This document shows, one piece after another, positions 53,288-64,000 of a stretch of DNA of 64,000 bases. Positions within the stretch are counted from its first letter, which is position 1, and the number at the start of each line of letters is the position of its first letter. Origin of the DNA: Octopus vulgaris (lineage: Eukaryota). Both the position numbers and the translations under genes were made by a program. The stretch is from positions 12,214,001 to 12,278,000 of the forward strand of contig OX597820.1 in assembly GCA_951406725.2 (NCBI GenBank), in the 5' to 3' direction. The notes below the pieces were generated by a model, which searched no databases, had not been told where the DNA came from, and worked only from the letters and a program-made list of their open reading frames with translations.

Positions 53288-54080
53288 CAGGTCTTGCTGG
53301 AGCTTCTGGGATGTTGCATGAGTAGTCGGTTTGTTACCTGTAGCCTACGGTACAACACTATTTGCTCTTATCAAATATCTAATACTCTTTTGATAATTCT
53401 GGCCTATCCAAGGAGACAAACGTTTTGCAGCAACTCTACCGGATACTCTATTCCCATTTTATTTACGTCTCTCTCAAGATATTTTGATACTGCTCTCAGG
53501 GCCCCAACAAAAATCGGTACTGTCTTCACTTTTTTCACCTTTCATCGTATTTAAGTCGGTCGTTCACGTCTACGTTCTCGCCTTCCTTCTTAATTATCAG
53601 TGAATCAAATGGGTATGCAACAACAATTACAGAGCAATCATGCTTTACTGTGTCCACCACGACTATTTTAAGTTTGTTGTGCTCAAGCACCTGGACCGTT
53701 GGAATTGGGAAATTTCACAAGATTTTGTGTGTCTCCGACTCAGCCACTCTCTGGGCTTTGTCGCTGTACCACCTACTACCTTTCTCTAATCTCCACCTTT
53801 TACACAATTTTCAATACAGAACTTTTGCTACAGCATTATGTCACCACAACGCATACTGGTTTCGGTTATGCCGAGGACATTAATTTACAAAACGGGCAAT
53901 AGTTTCATCAAATTTATGACATATTTTGCACAGCGTAGACACTTGTGGAAAATATTTGTCTTGCGCGACCAACATAATGCTCGTAGTCTCCTTTTTAACT
54001 GCTTCTTTCTGTAACCAGTCCTTCCATTTTTTTGTTGTTTTTGTACTGCTTAAAGGCACGTTTTTTTCCTGCCAAGCTTA
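53288..54080 (-). mobile_element. R4/Dong-clade LINE 3' end (CCHC plus restriction-like endonuclease)
   Basis: Minus peptide VAQD...LCKICHKFDETI...HNAVAKVLY...RWY...VPIFVGALRAVSK...LLQNVCLLG*ARIIKRVL, short UTR, then (TAA)n tail. Confidence 0.85.
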
Positions 54081-54329
54081 CTATTTAAACCATGTTTGTA
54101 TTCTCCCAGTCAACAGCCTTATCATTACTGGTACTTTAAACTCTTCGGTTGTATATGTATATGTGAAAAAATCGTTTTTCTTTGGAATAGAAAAAAAGAA
54201 TATCTTTATTTCTTCTTTTGCTGGTGTCTCAAATTTAGGTTAAATCAGTGTTTCTCAACGGACGGTCGGACAAGTTGTTTTGGAAAATTTGGTTCAAACG
54301 TTTGACAACTCAGCACCGTCGTTTTGCTC

Positions 54330-54332
<3 letters not shown>

Positions 54333-54391
<59 letters not shown>

Positions 54392-54430
54392 TGATATGTA
54401 TGCATGTATATTTATATATATATACATATT

Positions 54431-54477
<47 letters not shown>

Positions 54478-54527
54478 GCATATATATATAAATATACATA
54501 TATATATATACATGTATGTGAATATGC

Positions 54528-54579
<52 letters not shown>

Positions 54580-54593
54580 GTATGTATGTATAT
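54333..54593. repeat. Compound (TA)n microsatellite
   Basis: Direct reading. Confidence 0.95.
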
Positions 54594-55228
54594 AAAGAGG
54601 TAGTGGGGTCAATTCCCGTGTGTGGCGTCTTTGACAGGTCTCTGTTACCACAGGTAAGGGTAGACAAAATCAGTATATCGAAACTTGTCGGACGGATCGT
54701 ACCTGTACCTGTTAGTATGTAGTTCACACTTGTCACGTTCTGTGTAAGGTGATTCTCTTTGCGAAAAACACTAGAAATACACGTGTCTATAGAAATAAAT
54801 TGTGAACTGGGTGTGAGTTGCGATAATTATTGTGCCACACCCACCTCACGTTTTAATTCAAAGACTGAATACATCATTTAGCAGATGAAAGAACTGAAAT
54901 CTCATTACCGATAATCCGTGGACAATCTCTTACGCACTTCACCTCCCCCCCACAGCACATACACAAATATACACATATGTATGCTTGTCCACACACACGC
55001 AAACACATACTCACACACATATATATATGTAAAGCATCTACATACATAAATACATATATGCAGACAGACAAACAGATATGTTTTGAGACCAGCTTTTGAA
55101 CTCTCTCAAGAACTTAAAAATCAAACAAAGATATTTTCTGCGTCTCTTTCATGATTTTTCTCTCTCCTTGTATATCCATTTTTCAATCTATTTATCAACA
55201 ATCAACCTATACACACACACACACACAT

Positions 55229-55261
<33 letters not shown>

Positions 55262-55355
55262 CGCTCACACATAAACAACATTCACGTTTACATTAAAAAG
55301 GATGAAAGAGGGAGATAGATAGACAGAAAGACAGCGAAAGAAGGAGCTGGAATGT

Positions 55356-55394
<39 letters not shown>

Positions 55395-56432
55395 AGTATG
55401 TGTGAGTCCTCGTGTGTATATACGTGTAAGAGTGTGTGAACCGCTTAGGATTCCGGTTGTCGTCAGGCTGCTTCACCACACACAAACACACACACACACA
55501 CAGACACACACACAGAGACACACACACAGACACACACATGTACACACACAAACAAATGCGTGCACACATTCATACAAAAATGTCACTATGCTGTTACTTC
55601 ATATATATTCATAATAGATACTGCTACATTACTGAATTCAATGTGGCTTTGTAACATCGTTTTAAATTATCAACCAGCTTTTTTTCCGTATATATCTCAT
55701 TTTTTTAATCAACTTTATGTAATTATTTTTACGTTATTCATTTGGGAATGGTGCTTATTAGTGGGCGTATATAAATGCATATACCCCAGGAAATCAATTT
55801 AAATAATATGTGTGTAAATTTTCATAGAATTAATAATTATTCATCCAACCAGGGAAAATATCATTGTTTTACGTAATTTGTAAATATAGTTTTATGGTTT
55901 TTTTTATTGATTTAGAAACACCTTTAAATAATTCGCACTAATTATGTCTTTGTACTTCTCCAGAGATTATACTAAATTAAATTTTTAGCAATGAAACCAT
56001 GACATTTTTTCACAGTTTTATTAGTTTCCACTCAGAAAACTGTCTCTTTAATATAATTATTTGGAAAATACAAAAAAACTCAATAGAAATAGTGAGAAAA
56101 TGAGACAGGAAGAGAGTGACTTTTAGAAAAGATGAGGAGAGGATAGAATACAGGCAAACAGACTTCACGTAAAATGACGAGCGTGGATAAAGATATAGCA
56201 AATGCAAAAACACTTTTTTATAATCTAATGAAACTAGACGAAATTTCACATGTCTATATTATCTGATGTAAATAAACGAGAATGTGAGAATGTTCGTGTT
56301 TTTATTTAGCTCAGGTTGTATTAAGATCACACTAGAAATGCATTCCTGTTGTCAATTACTGGAAATTATGAGTGCGTGTACATGTACGTACACGCACACA
56401 CATACACACATACACACACTACCCACTCACAT

Positions 56433-56478
<46 letters not shown>

Positions 56479-57436
56479 TCCTCACATACGCACATACACT
56501 CACCTCCCACCCACATACATAAATTATAGTTTTCTGCCAATTCATTTTCTGAAATACAGTGTGAATGTTATCATGCAATATCCTCATCATTACTGTCACC
56601 CATCAATAATGTACCATTATTAATGATATAATATGATTCGTAATATACAAAAATATAAGGCAGAATTATAACAGTAAATCTGTATGAAGATGATTGAAGG
56701 CATCATTTCGTATTAGGGGATAAGTCACTCACTATAAATTTCGAAATTTCATGCCAACATATCAAACCAAAATTAAAATATATATTTCTACTTTTTTATT
56801 TTTTACTATACTTTTTAAAGAGTGCAACATAATTTCCTACACTTTAAAATAAGATAATTGGTTTGCTTTGAAGAAAACAGAAAAGTCTAACATTTTGACC
56901 AAAGTCCTGTATTTGACCCCATAAACCCCGCACCAAATACTGTATTTGACCCATAAGCCCCGCGCCGAACAAATTCGCCTAACTCTTCCTTCTTAAGATG
57001 TCATTTTCCTGGGATTCTCTACTCACCCACCTAAGTTTTTCCTGCAGTCAATTTACAGATGTTCAAAATGAACGGCAACAGTATTGACCGCAACAATGTA
57101 AAATAAAAACGAAAAGGTTAGAGAATAATCTCATGAGATGTCCATGTAATTCAGAAATTCATACAGGTTAATTACATTAAATGCATCTAAAACAGAATAA
57201 AACAGGATTGCATAAACAATTTGTTCGGACATAAATCTACAAATCAGTGATCGCCATGTAATATAATTTTGAAATAGAGCACTTTCCTGTCTTATAAAAC
57301 AACGTTTACCTTTGTATCATTATAATATCGGTATATTAGACGAGTATAATAATAATAATGATAAAAAACAAAGAAGACTTCCACATATGTATTATAGTGT
57401 GTAAAAATTCTTGTACATAACAAATCAACAGTAATG

Positions 57437-57710
57437 ATTGAACAGAACACATATTTAAAAACAACTTTAGAATATACGTACTCTTAGACTTCAAATTCTA
57501 ATTGCTTGAGAACTTAAGAATATTAAAATGTCATGCTTTATATTTAAGCTTTGAAACCATTTCGTTACTTTATATACTCAATCGAAATGGCTTCAAAGCA
57601 CAAATATAGAGAGTAACATCATAATATTCTTAAGTTTTCTATCAATTATGAACGTGAAGTCTAAGAATACATATAGTCCAAAGTCGTTTTAAATCTGTGT
57701 TCTGTTCAAT
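57437..57710. repeat. ~275-bp imperfect palindrome (foldback/MITE-like)
   Basis: ATTGAACAGAACACA...CCATTTCG [~17-nt loop] CGAAATGG...TGTGTTCTGTTCAAT. Confidence 0.85.
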
Positions 57711-58845
57711 GAACCAAGAAGATGACACACAAAAAGTCCTCAGTCGAATTTGAAATAAATTCGGACCAGGTGCGATATTAATGCGATATTAACTATATTG
57801 ATAACACTATATCCATTACCACCACATATTGGAAGATGATGTGTAACTGAATGAGATGCACTTACTATGCAGCTCTCAACATGCTTTGTTTAATTCTGAG
57901 TGGCGCCAACCATATTTAGGTAACACCTATCATCTAATTCATTTAGCTTTTCGTTTCATTCATAGACATACACATATTGCCCTTACACGTATTTTCATAC
58001 ATGCACAAAAATATTTTCATACATGCACAAAACATGATAGCCATACGAACTCAGAAGTATACACATATTACCTGAGTTCATTTACATATACAGCTTGATT
58101 TTCACATTTGCGTGGTTCATACATATAAATACAAGAGTGTACAGATTCTAAGCCATACTACATAATTCTTGCAGGATTAATTCCTCCAACTTTGCATTTC
58201 ATTCGGCTTTTGCTACCTCTGGTTTTATATTTAGTCTTATGAATTACTATTTTTGATGGTAACCAAGAGAGGGTAAATGTGACGACGTTAGTTTGACTAC
58301 TGACATTCCTTGTCGATGCACAGTTCGGCACAAAATTGAATCTATGTCAAATACAGTGACATTCACGATTCTTAGCAGTGGGGAACACACATGAAGTTTT
58401 GTAGATGTATGTAGACGGAATACGACAGAGTAGCTTTACCTTGACTGATTAGTGAACTTGATATTGGCATCACCAAGACGATGCTAATGTGATATTCTCC
58501 ATATTGCATAAATGATGTAATGTTCATAGTGGTGTAGAGAAAGCATAGATTTGGAGCTTTTTGAAGCAGTCGGAATCATAAAAAATATCCTGCTATTTAT
58601 TTATTTATACTTTTGATAGATATTTAAGGTGCTTTTTTCTAATAATATATTGTTATGCATAGAGACAGCAACCGGCAGAAATATTCTAGGTGCAAATGGA
58701 AGAATTGCTGATAACTGGAAAATATTTATGAGCAGTTTCTGAACTTTATTATGGCTATGTCCACTTCAGTCTAGGTTGTTGCTGACAGTTAGAACTAAGT
58801 ACCTGATATATGACGTGATCAAAAGCTCTCCCGATGAAAAAGTGC

Positions 58846-58899
58846 ATGGTTATTTCAGTTTATAAGTTTATCCTCTTTTCCAGAACTGATAAGCTCAAA

Positions 58900-58954
<55 letters not shown>

Positions 58955-59239
58955 GAATAGCCTTCGCGTAAACCAATTTGTTCGTTTTGTTCTCTTACTT
59001 TATTATTATTATCATCTTATAATCATCTCATAATAATGACCTTTATGACTCGTATTACTACCTCAGTCAATCTAAATGTATATATTTGTCACTGCCTGTC
59101 ATAAATAGCCTTTTTCTATCTGCAATATGCATTTTCGTTGATGTTTCATATTTTACCCCTATATATATATATATATATACACAATTTTGAGCTTATCAGT
59201 TCTGGAAAAGAGGATAAACTTATAAACTGAAATAAGCAT
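58846..59239. repeat. 59-bp inverted repeat pair enclosing (TA)n-flanked spacer
   Basis: 58846-58904 is the reverse complement of 59181-59239 with one mismatch. Confidence 0.85.
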
Positions 59240-59464
59240 ATATATATAACTTTACATAATATTAAACATTCATATGTATTCTTTTGGAATTGGTTCCTGA
59301 AGTATATATATATATATATAACTATAAATGGTTGTTATGTATATATAACAATTTAATGGTTGTTTTATATGTACATTGAGAAACAATTCGAAAAAGGATT
59401 ATTCTCCGTCCTCTCGAAAGATTGTATATTCTTATAACGTCAATTCATATATATGTGTGTCTGC

Positions 59465-59566
<102 letters not shown>

Positions 59567-60299
59567 TTGAAAAGATATAAACAAATATTGATTAAAAGAT
59601 GAAATTATTATATATTTGAGATCAACATATTATTTTCTACACTTGTGAAATAATGGGCAATTAATCGCTATTGATTGAATTTCTTTCGTTCTGAACCCAC
59701 TACCTAGTGTTCATATACTATCTAAATATTGTTCTATATAAATCAGCTTACAAATATTAAAACTGTTAAAATGTGTTCCAAATAGATGTAAGCATATGCA
59801 AGTGTTCTAAGAATAGTTAACCGGTTTAGTGTGATTATCACTGTGCTTTCTCCCTAGAATTATGTTCAGAGTACACAAGTGCATTGATTTCATTTCTTAG
59901 GATAGCAACTATAACAATTTCCATAGCACTAAGCTAAATTCCTCACTTTGAATTTGACATACATTTCTTTTATTATTAGATGTAACACAAGTAGAATATC
60001 CAGCGTTACCCAGATTCAAAATTGGCTATAAATAGACTGCAATTTTTATTAATGAAAGAAAATTCGGTTAATAGAACATCACTGAATTCGTCTTTAAAGC
60101 AATTTTGCATTTGCAAGTAAAATCGGAAATGATTTCCAATGCATATATATATTAGTCGTGTATCTTAAGCCATAAATATTACTAACATAGCTATATATTT
60201 AGTCATAGATTGACTTATATATCTAATTCAAACATGAAAATAAAAACACAAAATTAAATGATTTAATTTCATTTAAAAAAGATATATTTTGCGTAATAC

Positions 60300-61980
60300 A
60301 TGATATTGTATCGTATCCTTGAACTCCAATAATACTTCAAACACTGAGAAATGAGGACAAATTGGTGTCTCAGGTGAAAACCACCCATGAAAATATAGTC
60401 ATTCTTATAAATCAAGGAAACCGGATACATGCAGTAATTATATAAATAGTATCAATGACTGAAAGCGCAAACGTTGGCAGAAACGTTAGCACGCCGGGCG
60501 AAATGCGTAGCCGTATTTCGTCTGCCGTTACGTTCTGAGTTCAAATTCCGCCGAGGTCGACTTTGCCTTTCATCCTTTCGGTGTCGATAAATTAAGTACC
60601 AGTTACGCACTGGGGTCGATATAATCGACTTAATCCGCTTGTCTGTCCTTGTTTGTCCCCTCTGTGTGTAGCCCCTTGTGGGTAGTAAAGAAATAAGTAT
60701 CAATGACTGAGATCAGCCCAAACTTATATGACATTAGATTTGCACCCATCACATTCTAGGCAGTTCTGAATATTGCCATGGAATATTATATCATGGAATA
60801 TATTGTCATGGAATATATTCTGAATATTGTCAGGATATATGTTTTGTGTTTTACCAATATGGGCAAATATATAATGAAATTATTGTCACTTTCAGCTCTT
60901 CAGCAAAGCAGTATTTTTCAAATTTTAGGAGTAACTCTCAAAATTAACTTTGGTGGGTAAGTGGATCTTTTGACTGATAAGGTAAAATTCAGATATTCTT
61001 GAGTCTGAAGTATTAGCGAAATTCTGGCTATAATGACATTCTATCATTTGGTGCACTCTGTACAAATAATAGAATCAATGACATATGGTATAAACTTTTT
61101 AACCATTAGTCTTGTGCTATTTCTTAACACAGCAGATCTGAATTATGCAACATCGTTATTGGAGATCCTTTATTCAGAGATGAAATCTGTGTGTCGATAT
61201 GTATTGAGAATACTAATTTATGCACGGTAGTGAACGGGTGTCTATTGATTTGTAGCTATGTCTATTTCCTGGAAGTGCTTGCAACAGCTGCCATCTGATA
61301 CTTTTCAACCAAACACTTCTTTTGACACAGATACTAGTGAATGTTAAAAGTTGTACAGATTCTGTAATATGCTACACAGGTCCTCAAAAGATTTCTGGAT
61401 GCCAATCAGAGATCATCCCAGATGATTATTTGGCATTTCTTAAAATTATCCAATTCCCGAATGGTTTGCGATATTGCAAATAATTGTATCATTTTAGATT
61501 CAGTTGATAATTCTCAACACATGTCTGTATATTCTACTATATGTTCACTGAGAGATATCTGTTTGTAGCTGGGAAATAGAATTTATGCTTCAGGCAGCGT
61601 TATTTATTTTCTGAATGTGTTTATTCCATAAAATTCTTGCTACATACTAAACAAGTTATTACAAGAATTAGTTTTCTCGACGAAAAGTTAAAATTAATTG
61701 ATTTGAAAGATTGTCTTTATTGAAAATGGAATTCTGAATCTTTGGATAATTTAAGACAAATTCCACAGTTGGGTAGCACATACTTTTTTAAGTGATAGTT
61801 CTCATGTCGTTTAATAGTATTCAGCATCTAGTAACGTTCTCTCATGATTGTGATTGCTTTTACATTCAGAATCGTAAATTTTTATAATTGTTTTACTGTA
61901 TTTACGTAAATTCTTTTAGTTTCTTTATGTCTGCAGAATCCGATTAATCCTGGCATCATTTTCCAGCATCGGTACATTTT
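60300..61980 (-). mobile_element. Possible decayed Penelope-like RT relic, split by the SINE
   Basis: Weak minus-strand remnants (VMGANL, NDYIF-like); heavily mutated. Confidence 0.25.
60463..60695 (+). mobile_element. Young SINE family A with 15-bp TSD
   Basis: AGTATCAATGACTGA at 60448-60462 and 60696-60710. Confidence 0.92.
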
Positions 61981-62071
61981 GAAGAATATTATTATAGGAT
62001 ACGTTTTTTGTAGGATGCGGTAACATTTTGTAGGATATGTGGTGTTTTGTTTTTATTGCTTAAGTATTCAA

Positions 62072-62111
<40 letters not shown>

Positions 62112-62305
62112 GGTAGAATTATAAAAAGAAAGTTCTGGGTCAGTATAATATATTTGAAAAAAATGAGTAGAGATGTTTTTTTTATAGGATAATATTTACT
62201 TTAATAATAAAGCTTCACCTACTGTAAACATTATTATTAAAATAAAAAATATCCCTGTAAAAGCCATATTTACTCATGTTTTCAAATACATACATACAGT
62301 ATGTA

Positions 62306-63049
62306 CAGGATGCGGTGGATAAACTGTAGTCTAAATTACGTAAAAATGAAAATAACACTGACATTTAATTTTAACAGATATATTAACCAAAATTACATAA
62401 AAATATCTTGAAATACTAATGAGTAAATATATTCAATAAAATTCCCATAAGCTTCAACTGCGGCCTCCATACGACTTCGGAATCGTCTGCAACTCCTCTG
62501 GACGGTCTCTTTGCTTAAGTTGGTGAATGCTGCCATAATCATTACCTTCAGTTCATCTTTGGAGTTACAAAAAGTTATGTTGGTCTCTCGCTAAAACTGC
62601 GACCCACACATAATAATCAAAGAGGGTGCAGTCTGGGGAGTTAGGTGGTCAAATGTGAGGGGTAATATGGTCGCAGATATTGTCTGACAGCTATGACTGC
62701 TATCTTCTGCTTGTGTGGAATGGTGCAGAGTCCTGTTGTTAGGTATAGTGTCTTCCAGCACCCACCCTCTTGACCCAGGGCAGCACTGTCTCTTCCAGTC
62801 ATTTCATGTAGGCCTCCGTGTTGAGTCTGAGGCCGTGTGAGAAGATGAATGGAAGTATAACGTCAGAGGAAGATGAATGGAGGCATAACGTCAGAGGAAG
62901 ATGAATGGAGGCATAGCGTCAGAGGACTGTTTTTCTCACAGACGGTTCCCAACTAACCCTGCGATACTGTGTATTCAACAAAATGCAAAAGAATGCACCT
63001 GCGCGAAATTAGAAATATAAAATGGTGGCAAATTACCAATAGCACACTG
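62306..63049 (-). mobile_element. Internally deleted Tc1/mariner (maT/DD37D-like) transposon
   Basis: TA|CAGGATGC ... GCACACTG|TA imperfect TIRs; minus peptide PFIFSHGLRLNTEAY...QQDSAPFHTSR...PPNSPDCTLFDYYVW...SCRRFRSRMEAAVEA with stops; N-terminal half missing. Confidence 0.85.
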
Positions 63050-63894
63050 TATGTGTGTGTGTGTGTGTGCTGTGTGTGTGTGTATAAGATTCAGAGATCG
63101 AGGCGTAGGAAGAAAGTTAGCTTCAAGCAATCCGTAGTAAATATAAAACACAATTTTTTATTGAGACGGAAGGTTGCGCATTTTTTCGTATCGAAATACG
63201 ATAAACTGAAAAAAAGTTCTTTTTATATTTCACGACAGGCGACCAGGGTTGCTGGGTATGCGAATAAGAATAAAAGAGTTAAGGAATGGAGTAGATAAGA
63301 CCCGGGCTACATATGTTTCATAGCGAACGGAACCTCGGAAGCGGTAAATATCCAAGCGGGATATATATCGTAGGCTACTATTTAAGTCAAGGATATCTTG
63401 ATTAACTGAAAATTTACATTGTCACAAAGAGGTACACATTAACACATGGAATATATATATATATGCACACACACACATATATGTATATATATATATATAT
63501 ACTCCAAACTCACAGACACCCACACACGCACACACACACATACACACACACACGGACACACACACAGATACACACACAGACACACAGACACACCTCCACA
63601 AAACGATCATAAAAAGTTGAAATAATTCTTAAACCCCAAAAAGCATTTGAACATTAAACACACACACTCTCTCACAATGATAAAAGGAAATAAATTTATG
63701 GCATCCCCCCCCCGCCACCACACACTCAGTGACACTGTGAAGTGGTCAAAGCTGAAATTCCTCTTTTCTTCTTTTTTTCCTAAGGCCTTAGAACCCGCTT
63801 GGAGTCAATATTCTGTCCAGCAGACCAAAAAAATTGTTTTCTTCTTCTTCCCTCTCTCTTCCCCTCTTTCTCTTTAGCACTTATCCCAGATACA

Positions 63895-63934
<40 letters not shown>

Positions 63935-64000
63935 TACATGTTCTCTCTCTCACTTTCTCCTCATCTATCATCCTCTTTTACTGTCTTATATTCCTCCCCA

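Noticed and set aside
52959-53321. ORF with poly-Leu, resembling a membrane protein
   Set aside because: Antisense to Dong coding sequence; the Leu run is the (TTA)n tail.
54246-54259. CAGTGTTTCTCAAC hAT-type TIR
   Set aside because: No partner TIR found nearby.
58250-58720. Possible piggyBac transposase relic (SGVEKA resembling GGVD)
   Set aside because: Similarity too weak; no TTAA/TIR ends found.

Overview
AT-rich, repeat-saturated animal DNA with no recognisable host-gene exon; it reads as intergenic or deep intronic sequence. The SINE families, the R4/Dong, CR1, Tx1, RTE and Penelope relics and the very dense (TA)n/(CA)n/(TATG)n microsatellites suggest an octopus-like cephalopod genome (inference from recalled repeat families, not a database result). 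Almost all ORFs in the supplied track are microsatellite or SINE artefacts. Supportable content: about 25 tRNA-head SINE copies in four modular families; five copies or ends of non-autonomous Helitrons; a CR1-type LINE derivative at ~30.1-32.1 kb whose ORF1 appears to combine a Myb/SANT-like (trihelix) domain, poly-Q and CCCH zinc fingers, and whose ORF2 lacks the whole RT; two near-identical young CR1 3' ends; a decayed Tx1/L1; a head-to-tail R4/Dong array; an internally deleted Tc1/mariner; and several small inverted- or direct-repeat elements carrying hammerhead-ribozyme-like motifs, the best at 28.85-29.32 kb. All calls were made by eye, so boundaries without a TSD or terminus are approximate.
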